64,000 nucleotides of DNA from the human T2T-CHM13v2.0 reference genome, Homo sapiens, in assembly GCF_009914755.1 (NCBI RefSeq), contig NC_060928.1. One strand, given 5' to 3'. Positions within the stretch are counted from its first letter, which is position 1; each line of letters starts with the position of its first letter. Under the pieces are notes generated by a model. That model had not been told where the DNA came from. It searched no databases and worked only from the letters and a program-made list of their open reading frames with translations. The position numbers and the translations under genes are program-made. Below are positions 40,005-52,592 of the stretch, piece after piece.

Positions 40005-40579
40005 GCTTTCTTATCTAATTGTAGGTTTTCTTTATATATTAGGGAGTCCTTGTATGCGATATTAGTTATTGATATTTTCCATTTGGTCCTTGTCTTTGGA
40101 CTGTGTTTTTTGTCTTTTGTCATCTAGTAGTTTCTGGTGTTTATGTCATTAAATTTGTCAGTCTTTTTTATGGCTTCTGAATATTTTTGTCAAACGTATA
40201 AAGGATTTCCACTCTCTGAGTTTATGAAGGAAATCTCCCATATTTCTTCTCTACTTTATGGTTTCTTATATTTAAATCATTACCACATTTTGAATTCATC
40301 TTTGTCCAAGTATGAACACAGCTTTTTCCCCCAGATCTCGACACATTTGTTAAATGGGAATCTTTCGACTTCAGATTTACTTAACGTAAGTATTATAGTC
40401 ACTTTCTGAATATTTTGTTATATTGTATTACTCTGTCTCTAAACATTTTTATAACTTAAATTTATATAGCATATTAAATATGTTTTAAAAAGTCCCTGTT
40501 ATTGGTTTTCTCTGCCAGAATTTTTGTTTTAAATACATATAATTGTTATTTACCAACTGTAACTAATAAAGATTTAAAA

Positions 40580-41755
40580 AGAAGAATTAGTATTAATTCT
40601 TCTTCAAATGTTTTATAGAATTCACCCCTGAAGCCATCTGCTCCTGGGCTTTTCTTTTTTGGGAGAGTTTTGATTACTGATTCACTTACCTTTTTGCTTC
40701 TTGGTGTGTTAAGATTTTCTATTTCTTCATGATTCAGTTTTGGTATGTTGTATTTTTAAGAATGTATTCATTTTTTCCAGGTTATTCAGTGTACCGCTGT
40801 ATAATTAATTGTTCATAGAAGTCTCATATGATTCTTTTTATTTCTTTGGCATTAGTTGTTATATATTCTCTTTCTATTCTAATTTCATTTATTTGAAGCT
40901 TATCTTTCTTCCCCCTTTAGTCTAGCTAAAGGTTTATCCATGTTGTTAAACTTCTCAAAAAATAAACTATTTCACTAATCTTTTTGTTGTTCTATTCTGT
41001 TTTGTTTAGGTATGCTCTAATTTTTATTATCTTCTTCCTTCTGCTAACTTTGGGCTTAGTGTTATTTTTTTTCTAGATCCTTGAAAAGGAAATTTAGATT
41101 GTTCATTTGAGATCATTCTTTTTTAATGTAGGCATTTCTCTATATACTTCCCTCTTAAAATCACTTTGGCTGCATTCCATAAGTTCTGGAATATTCTACT
41201 TTTATTTTCATTTGGGAAATGGGATATTTGCTAAATTTTCATTTGGTTTTTCTTTGGCCCATTGGTTGTTCAAGACTGAGCTGTTTAATTACATATATTT
41301 GTGAATTTTCCAGTTTACTTCCATTATTGACTGCTATTTTATTCCATGTGGTTGTAAAATGTATCAGTATAATTTTAATCTTAAATTCTTAAGACGTTTT
41401 TGTGGCCTAACATGTGATCTATACTGGAGAATGTTCTATGTACACATGAGAAGACTGTATGTTCTGCTGTTGTTGCTTGGAATGTTCTATATATGCCTGT
41501 CAGGGCTGTTTGGTCTATAGGTCTGTGTGAGACACTGTTTCCTCATTACACTTTATTTTTGGATGTTCTAAAATTCAAAGTTGGATATTGAAGTATCTTA
41601 CTATTATATTTCTGTCTATTTCTTCCTTCAGATCTGCCAATGTTTTCTTTCTATATATTTAGGTTCTCTGATGTTGGGTGCATATATATTTTTAATTGCT
41701 GTATCTTCCTGTTTAATTGACCATTTATCATTATCCAATGGCTTTGCCTCTTATT
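40580..41755 (-). mobile_element. L1M ORF2 fragment, antisense
   Basis: gaagccatctgctcctgggcttttc...tagtctagctaaaggtttatc...tgtggcctaacatgtgatcta. Confidence 0.85.
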
Positions 41756-41759
41756 ACAC

Positions 41760-42017
41760 ATTTTATATTTAGGGTATACATGTGCAGATTTGTTACATGG
41801 GTATAACGCACGATGCTGAGGTTTGGGCTTCTGATAGTCCTATTGCCCAAGTAGTGAACAAAGTACCCCACAGGTAGTTTTTCAACATTTACCCTCCTCC
41901 TTTCTTCTCCCTTTTTGGAATTCCCCAGTATTTATTGTTCCTATCTTTATGTCCATAATGTTTAGCTCCAATTTATAAGTGAGAACATGTCGTGTTTGGT
42001 TTTCTGTTTCTGTGTTA
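41760..42017 (-). mobile_element. L1PA15/16- or L1PB-type 3' end
   Basis: gggtatacatgtgcagatttgttacatgggtat...ttataagtgagaacatg. Confidence 0.85.
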
Positions 42018-43732
42018 AGAATTTTGATTTTTTAAAAAAATTCTGTAGGAATTTGGTATTAATTTGTGTAGTTAATAAATAGCATATTTGTTGAGACCAG
42101 GATAAATTTATTAATGTACTTGGATAAGATTGCTGATTTTTTTTCATTTTTTCATTTGTTATAGTTATATTCAGGAAATTTTAGAGTTTTTAATATGGCT
42201 GTGCATGTTTCTCATTCTATGTTTCTACCCTTGTGGAGTTTTTTTTTCCCAATGCATTTTCTATTATTTTTAGTTTGTTTGACAATTATTGATTTCTCTA
42301 AGTTAATGTTATACTCTAGTATATACTGAATTACTGCGTATTGAGGATTTTTAGCTGATTCTCTTGCCTTTTCTCAGTATATAATCATATACTCTGCAAA
42401 TAGTTATAGCATTATGTCCTCATTGTTAATTTTTATGATTTTAATTCTTTTTCTTATCTAATTGGGTAAGTTAATATTAGTATCTTAGACACTTAGGTAA
42501 TAATAGTATCTTAGTACAGTGTTAAACAATAGAAGTTATAGGTGTTATTTCTTATTTCTGATTATAGAAAAATATTTTAAATATTTTACAACTAAATATA
42601 ACATTAGTCTTAGTAAAAAAAAAAAACATTTAATACCACTGATAGAGTTTCCATTATCTTTTAAAATGATTTTAAAATAAGGAATAAATGTTGAATTTTG
42701 AAATTCTCAGAATATATAGAGATTATATTTTTCTTAGACTTAATAAAAATATTTTAGTTTTCGACTTATTACTTGCAACCTATTTTTCTGTCTTTCAGTG
42801 GGAACAAACTATTCTACAAAATCTGCTTTATTTATAGATATTCTCATTTTAAAACTTCTTATTCTTTTCTTAACCAGAATAACGTCAAAGCATGATTAAA
42901 GAGTCATGTCATAATGGAAATGTAATATGAATATATGTGAATGTGTGCTACTTCATTTATTTGTTATTTTTGTCTGTTTACTGACTTTTCTTCAAGTTCT
43001 GATTAATGCCTATTTTAAAATTCTAAACATACAGAAATGAAGAATTACAGTAGGGAAGCAGAAGAAATTCACTCATCAGAAGTGGGGAGGACATTTTCAT
43101 GTTGTGCTCTAGTCCCGGGGCACGGGGTTCAGCAGCTGGTAGGACCAATAGTACATTTGGAAGGAAACATTCACGTTTACATTAATGTGACCTGTGAGCC
43201 TTAGGTTTCTGGTAAAGAACAGTCACCTTTACAGAGTATGAACATCTCTCAGAATCATAATGTAGTAAATAAACAGCGCTATTGTCATCATCAAATGGGT
43301 CTGTGGAGTGGAAAAAAGATATATTCTCTCACAACAGACTTTATAACGTAGGAAGACAAACATCTTAAAATAACCATGGCAGAGCAGTGGCAGGCAAAAA
43401 GCAAGGTTGGGAAATAGAAATGTAAATGGTGCTTTGTGTTCTCTGGGGCAGGTGCTGGAGACTGTTATACTTTTCTACCTCCCACCTCCACATCCTCCAT
43501 TCCTGGGAGCTTAATTGCTTCACAAGCTCTCAATAGATACTGAATTAAATTGAATTGAATAAACCGTACCTGCATATACTTAGGATATTACTAGATTCCT
43601 GTTTGTTTCTTTGTCAAGTTTTTCAGGACAACAGATATCACACTCAAATATGAATACTTTAAGAATGATTTAATAAAAGAATCACATATAAAGGTATAAT
43701 CAGAGTGTAAGGAAGTCACAAAAAGTATCATA

Positions 43733-43812
43733 TTAGGCTGGTGCAAATGTAATTGTGGCTTTTGCCATTAAAAGTAATGCCAAAAACCGCAATTACTTTT
43801 GCACCAACCTAA
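43733..43812. mobile_element. MADE1 (Hsmar1-derived MITE), complete
   Basis: 80-bp imperfect palindrome ttaggctggtgcaaa...tttgcaccaacctaa with TA target duplication on both sides. Confidence 0.95.
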
Positions 43813-43818
43813 TACATT

Positions 43819-44219
43819 CGTGTTAGTCCATTTTGCACTGGTATAAAGGAATACCTGAAACTGGATAGTTTATTTTTTAAAAAAGAGGTGTATTTGGCTC
43901 ACAGTTTTGCAGGCTGTACAATCATTGCACCAGCATCTGCTGGGCTTCTAATGAAACCTCAGGAAGCTTCCAATCATGGCAGAAAGCAAAGGGGAAGCCA
44001 GCATATCACATGGTGAGACAGGGAGCAAGAGAGAGGCAGGGAGGTGCCGGGCTCTTCAAACAGCAGCTCTTATGTGAACTCATTACCATGGAGAGGACAC
44101 CAAACCATTCATAAGGGACCTGCTCCCATGACAAATACCACCCACTAGGCCCCACCTCCAACATTGGAGATTACATTTCAGTATGAGATTTGGAGGGGAC
44201 AAACATCCAAATTATATCA
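43819..44219 (-). mobile_element. MSTB-type solo LTR (MaLR)
   Basis: gttagtccattttgcactggtataaaggaatacctga...gagatttggaggggacaaacatccaaa; TSD acatt/acatc. Confidence 0.9.
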
Positions 44220-46046
44220 ACATCCACAGTGCTGGTAAGAGCAGAGTTGCTGCCACTGCAGGTGCAAATGGAAGGGGCAAACAGTGGTCATTGTACCTTG
44301 AAAGACAGAATCCTGTAAAGGAGATTGGTTTAATGAGGCAACCCCATCTGATGAACGCAGGTAGCCTGTGCATGAGGGAAGCCAGGGGAAAAACTACCCA
44401 ACCTCACTCTTCCTCCTATCTTGTCTCTTGCTGGGCCACACCATGGCCAAACCCAGCTGGAAATGATAAATCAGGGGAGTTCCTTGTTTGGTTTATAGAT
44501 CAGCCTCTAAGGTGGAGGAGAGGGCAGAAATTGAAAAATAGATCTAGAGGCATAACCAGAAGATATGCTCACAGTCTGCGTTCTCTGACTCTGTTTCAGA
44601 CTTGGTAAACAAGAACTGGGAACATAATATAAATCATTATAACTATCAGCTATGGTACAACTGTTTTTTTTCTTCAGAAAGACAAAACCAAGGAATAACT
44701 GCAGTGACCGGAGTTGCATGTAATTTTACCTAATGTTAGTCAAGAAGTGGTTGGCAAAATAAAAGATACTACTTTCAAGAATACATTTTATAATTATTTT
44801 CCAAGTATAAAAAGTTGCATCATAAGTCCTTCTTATTTTAGGAAAGGTCTATGAATTACTTATGATAATGTGGTTTAAGATGTTCAAGTAAGTATAAATG
44901 AAATATTCATAAGTTGGCTACTGTTAAAGATTTCACTGCAGGATTTTTTTCCCAAAAAGTTTTTCATTTTCTATCAAAATCTCTGGTTCACATCACTGTC
45001 AGTAGCCTGAAACATATAGCCAAAAATAAAAAAGTTAATCACCTTTAGACCCTCTCCAACCCTACTTCCACATATAATTCGGCAGAAACATATAATTGAA
45101 ACTAAACTCTGTAAAAATGCTGTCTTTAGCATTTTCACGTATCTGTTACTGGAAATAACTCCTCCAATTGCCAACAGAAATAATATGCCTTATCAGGGAA
45201 ATAGGGAGATAAGCTAGTGATATATTTGGTTATCCTTTTGGGCATTGTGATATATAAAAAGAATTCAAATTTCTCCTTTGAAGCTTGTTTCTAGTCCCTA
45301 GAAAATGTTATGTAAATTGAATCAATTTTAAATGTCAGTACTCTTTACAGTGTTCAAATGTGCTTCCTGAAATAAAAGAAGTACCTTTACTAAAAAATAC
45401 TATAGTTTTTCAAGGATGGAAGCATAGTAACTTGAAAAAATATTTTATGATTAATTTGAAAAATTAGTAAAGAGGGGTTCTGGAAATACTAGAGAAACAT
45501 AGAAGCATTAAAATTAAAGGTCTATTGCTACTTGATATTCACTCTGGGAACCAAGATAAAACCTGTCTCAACACTCTGTTGGTTTACACTGCTCCAGCCA
45601 CACAGGGATCTATCAAGTTAGCTCCATTTGAGCTTCTCAGTGAGATCTGCAAAACAATTCAAGACTAATTTTCAAAAAAGGGCAATTATAGCTGTCAATC
45701 AAACATAAAATTAAAAATAGCAACCATTTAAATGTTTTTGTTTAATGCATTAGTTAAAGAAGGAATGAGACAGATGCCAATTCAAATGAGAATTTACCTA
45801 CAGAGGTTTATATTGTCTACCAGACAAATTTCGCTTGCATTGCCAAGAAGAAACATCATCCGTGTTGCCATGGATAGGTAACACTTGTATGATAATTAGT
45901 TTTCTGCAACATAAATTCTACATCTTCAAAAAAGTTAAACAGCCTGGTCATGCAAAGACATTCAAATGTTCACAGCCCTAGAAGATTAGTTAATCCTGGG
46001 TGGATCCACTGGATACCACGGAGCATTCTACTGAAAGCACTCTCAG

Positions 46047-46088
46047 TTGTTTGTTTGTTTTCTTTCTTTCTTTTTTTCTTTCTTTCTC

Positions 46089-46136
<48 letters not shown>

Positions 46137-46180
46137 TTCTTTCTCTTTCTTTCCTTCCTTCCTTCCTTCCTTCTTTTTTT
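46047..46180. repeat. Compound (TTTG)n(TTTC)n(TTCC)n microsatellite
   Basis: Direct reading. Confidence 0.95.
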
Positions 46181-46601
46181 GTACGTTTCCAAGTCGTGGA
46201 TGAGTTGTCCCAAAAACAAGGAGTAATGATGAAGTCAACCCCATCTAACAGATTTAGTTGCTAAGCCATACTCATATCTTTTTAGAATTAAAATTAGTTT
46301 TCTTTTAGAAAGTTCCCTGTTTTCTCTATTTTACATACTGTGTGCTGACAGCAGCCAAAAGAAAAGGCGATAGCTCACATTCTAGTGAAACCTTGGGTTT
46401 TGTGGCTCAGAGTCCAGTTGCTAATAGCTACTCTTTTTTTCAGTAAGTGAACTTCTGTATTGTTCAGATGGTTTCCTGCCCAGCTAATAAACTACATTTG
46501 TTTCAGCTGCTTTGCAGATCTGGGTAGTCAGTGTAATGTAAACAGTGCCAACTGCCTGAGAGCTGAAGAAAATTTCGTAAACATCAGTCTGATAAGCAAG
46601 A

Positions 46602-46643
46602 AAACATTTCTACCAGTAAACATTTCTACCAGTAAATATTTCT
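46602..46643 (+). repeat. 16-bp tandem duplication
   Basis: aaacatttctaccagt twice plus a partial third unit. Confidence 0.9.
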
Positions 46644-48014
46644 CTTTCTTCTACACAGAGTGTACACTTGATGGCTGGAACAAGAAGAAGGAGTATGGAA
46701 CTATAGTAATTATGGTAAAGCAGTCATACCATCTTTAGACTATTTACCTCTGAATTTCATTAGAAGAAAAATAAGTCACTGTCTTATTTAGGGCAATGCT
46801 ATTTTGCCACTGTGTTAGTATCAGTTGAATGCAGTCATTAACTGATCCATGACTACATTTCTACAAGGTTCTCTAAGTCAGCCACACTAAGTCATTTCAT
46901 CATCACTTAAAAACCACTTTTTAGAATAGAAATTCTGCCTTATTCTAATGTAAACAATATTGGATTTAAAAATTAAACAGATGGGGCTGGTAATGACAGC
47001 TATTTGGAGCAGATACTGAATACAGCTTGGCTGTGTTACATTTGTAAATAAGTTTTCTCACTTTCTCACAGGCAAGTTGGCCAGTTTTCCATTTGTTACT
47101 GATTTAACCTTTGCTCCAAAGCAAAATTCTATGTTCTATACAGACAGTGTGCAAGAACAAAATCTTAACCAACAATTCTTCAATAAGCCCTTTTTAATAG
47201 GGTTTCTGGCTTGACTTAATTTATTCCCACTGTCTCCTTTTTTTTAACATTTAGTTGTGGAAAATTTCAAACATAAAGAAAATAGTATAAAGAACTATGA
47301 TGTAATCATCTCACATCAACAAGTAACAATATTGCTCTATCTGTGGCCCTCTTTTCTTTCCCCCTCCCCTAAGTAATTTGGAAACAAATTCCAGATGTTT
47401 TATTTCATCCACATACCTGAGCATGTATCTTTAAAATGCAAATTCTCACTTTCTATTTTTTGACATAGCCATAGTTGCAAGTTTTCACCTAACAATTTAA
47501 CAGGTCTTTAGTATTCCTTCACTCTCACTCTCTTTTCTTTTTTTCATCTTAGTTGTTTTAAAAACTAGTGGTTTTTCCTTCAGTTTCCCACGGACTGAAA
47601 TTATTGATTAAATCAACTTGGCATGGTTTCGTATGTTACTTCTGTTACAGATTTTTCTTGTAAATTAGATCTGCAGTATTCGTCAGATCTAGGACTGATA
47701 TTTTGCAAGACTACATTGTAGGCCGTTTTTTAAGTTCTGTGAGAAGGCATATGATGTCTGGGGGACTTTTTCTATGGTGTTAGCCTTGCTGATCAATTAC
47801 ATCATTAGATGCATTCTTTCATCAGAAGTAGAAAAACTGTGATATTCTAATTTTCTTATTATATTTTTATGTATAAGCTAGAATACATCTATAAAGAAAA
47901 TATCCTCTTCCTGACATTTGGAAAATTTGAGGTATTATTCATAAAGGAGAGACAGAAAAAAAATGCTACATTCTTATTAATTATTTTTCAAAATAATGAG
48001 TTGACTACTTAGAA

Positions 48015-48716
48015 AAGAGATCAGAAAGCTTTTTTTGTGTAGGGAAAAAGAAATTTATTTTATTCCCATCTTATGTTCATGGCCGAGGCCTTTATAACAC
48101 AAGAGATTAACTAGAGAAAAGCATGGAAAGTATTTAACAGAAGTTTTATGTGAGACAGATGTCTTCATAAGGAAATGAAGACCCGAACAAACAGCTAAAC
48201 CTGTGTGTTTCTATACTAAGTTTTATGAAGAAGTGGGTAGATGCAGAGATGTATGATTGGACAAAAGGGGTATAATCTAATGATTAAAAACTCTGAGAAC
48301 TTAACAGGGCTTTTTTGTTCCTATCCTTCTGTATCCCTGGGTCTTCAGAGATAAGGATATTCCTTACGTTTGGGTATAAGGTGGGCACTTCTCACATGGT
48401 CTGAAGATATAACTCAGATGACAAGGGCAGGGAAAGGTGATCTTTTACTTCTGCTGTTTTCTCAAATACCAAGATACTATATTTTGAGGTAGTATGTCCT
48501 GAATCCTATTACTTGCTAAGAGCCAATTGTAAATCTTTTAGGCTTTGTAAGCCATACAGCCTCTGTCACAGCTACTCAACTCTACTGATATAACCAGAAT
48601 GCAACCATAGAAAATAATGTAAACAAGTTGGTGTATTGTGTTTCAGTAAAGCTTTTTTTTTACAGAATCAGAAAGCTAGACGGATTAGACTCACAGGTCA
48701 TCGTTTCCAATCTGTG
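48015..48716 (+). mobile_element. MER58A (hAT-Charlie) split by an LTR
   Basis: gtaaatcttttaggctttgtaagccatacagcctctgtcacagctactcaactct; perfect 8-bp TSD ACTTAGAA (48007-48014 and 48717-48724). Confidence 0.88.
48038..48511 (-). mobile_element. MER34-like ERV1 solo LTR
   Basis: tgtagggaaaaa...agattaactagagaaaagca...gaaatgaagaccc...atattttgaggtagtatgtcctgaa; TSD tttg/cttg. Confidence 0.75.
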
Positions 48717-48831
48717 ACTTAGAATATCTTGAAAATCACCAAGAGGTTTTTTAGTTTTTATATTGGCTTTTATTTAGTATTTTAGCAACTTGTTTCATTT
48801 AGTGTAAAAGTTGTTACAGTGTTTTGGGCTT

Positions 48832-49120
48832 CTTTTTTAAGAGACATTTTAGACCCAGTGCAAAATAGAGAGGAAGGTACAGAGATTTCCCATGCACCCC
48901 CTACTCCCACACATGCCCAGCCTCTCCCATTACCCACAGCCCCAACCAAGTGGTGATTCATTACAATCGATGAACCTATATTGACACATACCTGTCACCT
49001 AAAATTCACAGTTTGCATTAGCATTCACTCTTGGTGTTGTAATGATTTGTATTCATCAACATAGTACCATACAGCATATTTTCACTGCCCTCAAATTCCT
49101 CTCTCCTCTGCCTATTCCAT
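48832..49120 (-). mobile_element. L1MC1-like 3' end
   Basis: ggaaggtacagagatttccca...ttacaatcgatgaacctatattgacaca. Confidence 0.8.
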
Positions 49121-50499
49121 TTTTAAGTTGTGCATCTGTCCCTCCTTTGGCCAATAGAAGTCTCTCTAGCTAGCTGCTGAATCCTTTGAAAACATCCTCA
49201 GGAGTCTGTGATAGCCTGATTTCTTGTAAGACAAATCATTCCAGAATTATCTTGTATATTTTCTGCCCCAGATTTAGAATCAGATATTTCTTCTAGTATC
49301 TTCGACTTCTGTTGTTTTTGTTTTGTAGAAAATGAAATTTAAACACCACAATCTAGACACCATGGATACTTATTATTATTGGCTAGTCCTTGTTTCTAGA
49401 CTATTTTGTTGGACAGAGTTAAGGTGTCTGTGTTTTTTTTTTCAAGTCAAAGCCATTATGAGTTCAAGTACATCCTTGTACCTATATGTTTTCTTCAAAT
49501 TCAGTCACTCAAGATTATTACATAGCCTCAGTTACTTTACATCTGTTTCTCCTTTTTTCCCACCACAAAAATGCCATTTGCCTGAGATCATAGACACAGA
49601 TTTGAAGTTCTTTTCATGGTGCTTCAGTACCTTAGTGATGCAAAATTAAATTACTGTGTTTTATGCTCTTTTGTTTTAATTCTAGTTAAAACTTACAATG
49701 GCAGAAATTATCAACTATTCAATCAATAATCTATATTTTCTCTTATCTAACAGAACCTCAATTTTGTTGTGCCTACATGCCATGTTTCTAACTGAGTATA
49801 ATTGAGCCTCAAACAGAATTGGGTTTCTATTAGTGAGAAAGAATAAGAAAATAGATGTTATGCAGTTAGTTAAATGGAGCCAGCCACACTTACTATGAAC
49901 CACAGCTCTGCTTATTTCTCCAGCCTAGTGATTGACTTGGTTAACATCATTAATGACTGCCCTTCTGGCTTCCCATTGTTACTATTAATTTTTATTACTC
50001 TCATTTCATATTTATAAATAAATTATGTTACATCAAACACCACATTCCTCTCATCTACCCCTTACCTTTGCCAACACACACACATACACACACAAAAAAT
50101 CTGCTTCTAATCATTATTAAATTCAAATATCCTAAAACATTATTGTCCTCTTATAATTTTTGTTGATAGTAGGAAAGTAGACAAATAGAAATACTTGTAA
50201 AAGTTTGTTTCATGATACATTTTTGTCAATAAATATTTCTACTTTTATCCATATTATCTAAGCTGTCTTTTCTTTTATATGGCTACTAAAAATTAAAGAA
50301 AACAATATTTAACAAGAGAAATTATCTGTCAAATCCTTGACTAAACATCATGAAGCATGGATGCAACACAATTTCTTTCTCAAAGGCCTTGCAATAAAAT
50401 GTTGGAATCAGACAAGATTTGGAACTTACTCTATATTATCACCAGTGGCATTGACGAATGCGCAAACATTTAAATTGAAAGGAAACACAACCCTATAGC

Positions 50500-50730
50500 A
50501 CACAGCAATTTAGAATGACAGATCTGAAGCTAGGCCCTCTGAATTTAAATCTGGATTCATTATTTTCTAGATGTGTTACCTTAGATTAATTATATCAGTA
50601 AAGTGGGTTTAATAATTTGAAGTATATATAGAGCTGTTAGGAGGATTAAATGTGTTAAGGTATATACATCATTTGACATGACATCTGGGATATTGGAATT
50701 ACTCAATAAAGATTAGCAAAAGTATATTTT
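50500..50730 (+). mobile_element. MIR
   Basis: gaatttaaatctgg...tgtgttaccttaga...gagctgttaggaggattaaatg...actcaataaa. Confidence 0.65.
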
Positions 50731-51187
50731 ATTAACTACTTAAGAAAATGACATATATTGGATATGAGAGCAATATTGATTCTTTCATGATTATTTAAGA
50801 CTAATAAAATAAAATAGAAATATTCTTCTATATATTACAATAGATTTTAAGATATATAGTCACATTTCTCCAATACAACTAATTGCTAATGATAGTCTTT
50901 TGGGTACCTGAATTATTTATTCTTGAAAAAACACAGATTTTTAGACAGCACTCTAATGAAAATAAGATGTTTTTCATCAGCTAAATCTATAGATAATATT
51001 TCAAGAAACTACTTTTTTATATAGGTACAATAAACTTGTAGTAATATTCTTTGCCAAACATAAGTAACAGCCTATCTATGAGAATCTGAGAAAATGTTTT
51101 ATTATGATATTTTAGAAATAATAACATCAAAAACACTCTAATGGCCCTTTATCAAATCACTTTTGTGCTGTACCCGGCAAGATAAAC

Positions 51188-51634
51188 TTGCATATGTATG
51201 TTTATTGCAGCACTGTTCACAATAGCAAAGACTTGGAACCAACTCAAATGCCCATCAATGACAGACTGGATAAAGAAAATGTGGGACATATACAACATGG
51301 AATACTATGCAGCCACAAAAAAGGATGAGTTCATGTCCCTTCCAGGGACATGGATGAAGCTGGAAACCATCATTCTCAGCAAACTAACACAAGAACAGAA
51401 AACCAAACACCACATGTTCTCACTCATAAGTGGGAGTTTAACAATAAGAACTCATGGACACAGCACCTGGGAGTGTGGTGGGCATCACACACTAGGGCCT
51501 ATCGGGGGTTGGGGGGCTGGGGAAGGGATAGCATTAGGAGAAATACTTAATGTAGATGACAGATTGATGGGTATAGCAAACCGCCATGGCATGTGTATAC
51601 CTATGTAACAAAACTGCATGTTCTGCACATGTAC
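51188..51634 (+). mobile_element. L1PA7-like ORF2 C-terminus and 3'UTR, with no poly(A) tail
   Basis: ORF 51198 MFIAALFTIAKTWNQLKCPSMTDWIKKMW matches the L1 ORF2 C-terminus; homology stops at ctgcacatgtac. Confidence 0.92.
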
Positions 51635-52174
51635 AGGTATCTTCTCACTCCAACCAACACAAATTCCAGCATACATGACTGACTTAAAATAGTATGAGAG
51701 CTATATTCTAGAAACTAGACTGAAGTTCCAGTTTAGGAATAGATATTTGGCCACCAAAGAATTGTGACATTATTCGGTTAGAAATTTGGATTGGGATTAG
51801 GAAAGACTGAGCTAGCAAACTGAACCAAAAATTAAAATAAACCCTGCACTACGTGCTGATGAGTAAGTTTAGTAATCTGAGGCATAGAGTTCTGCAAGGA
51901 GAAGACAAGACTCTATTTACTAACATTTACAATTCTTACTATGTTCCTGTAGCATATTTTTTGATTGACTTATTCAACATTTAGTCTGAACACCACATAC
52001 TCCTTTGTCTTTCTCTCCAATAGGATCTATAGAACTAAAATATTTATTGCTCAGTCTCTCTATAACTAGGATAGACATTTAAATCTGTTTATGGTCATGA
52101 GATATAAACTTTAGCCCCCTATAGAGATTTCCTTGTGTTGCTTGGCTTCCTCTCTTCTTTCTGTATATAGATGT

Positions 52175-52592
52175 TTTCATGCGCGTCCCTGTGAAGAGAC
52201 CACCGAACAGGATTTGTGTGAGCAACAAGGCTGTTATTTCACCTGGGTGCAGGCAGGCTGAGTCCGAAAAGAGAGTCAGCGAAGGGAGAAAGGGGTGGGG
52301 CCGTTTTATAAGATTTGGGTAGGTAAAGGAAAATTACAGTCAAAGGGGGTTGCCCTCGGCGGGCAGGGGCAGGGGTGGGGGGTCACAAGGTGCTCAGCAG
52401 GGGAGCTTTTGAGCCAGGATGAGCCAGGAGAAGGAATTTCACAAGATAATGTCATCAGTTAGGGCAGGAACAGGCCATTTTCACTTCTTTTGTGGTGGAA
52501 TGTCATCGGTTAAGGCAGGAACTGGCCATCTGCCTGTGTACCTGCAGGTCACAGGGGATATGATGGCTTAGCTTGGGCTCAGAGGCCTGACA
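52175..52592 (-). mobile_element. HERV-H solo LTR (LTR7B type)
   Basis: Reverse complement begins TGTCAGGCCTCTGAGCCCAAGCTAAGCCATCATATCCCCTGTGACCTGCA and ends GACGCGCATGAAA; TSD gatgt/gacat. Confidence 0.95.

Larger units (their letters stand above)
38410..40500 (-). mobile_element. Old L1ME-type antisense fragments hosting two LTRs
   Basis: T-rich antisense L1 3' phrases (tatcattgtagttttgatttgtgtttctct); approximate. Confidence 0.55.
43605..44573 (-). mobile_element. Ancient LTR (LTR78/LTR79/MLT1M-like) hosting MADE1 and MSTB
   Basis: acagatatcacactcaaa start and catggccaaacccagctgg...gatcagcctc...gatctagagg end. Confidence 0.5.
47240..49660 (-). mobile_element. Old L1 (L1MC/ME) antisense 3' region with nested elements
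   Basis: gaaaatttcaaacata...aaacaaattccagatgttttatttcatcc...tttctgccccagatttagaatcag; approximate. Confidence 0.55.

Noticed and set aside
42780-43330. Possible splice acceptor (tttttctgtctttcag) for a lncRNA exon
   Set aside because: Such motifs are common; no supportable exon without transcript data.
44183-44608. 141-aa ORF
   Set aside because: Spans the MSTB and an older LTR; no coding hallmarks.
45950-46264. F/L/S-rich and K/E/R-rich ORFs
   Set aside because: Produced by the (TTTC)n microsatellite.
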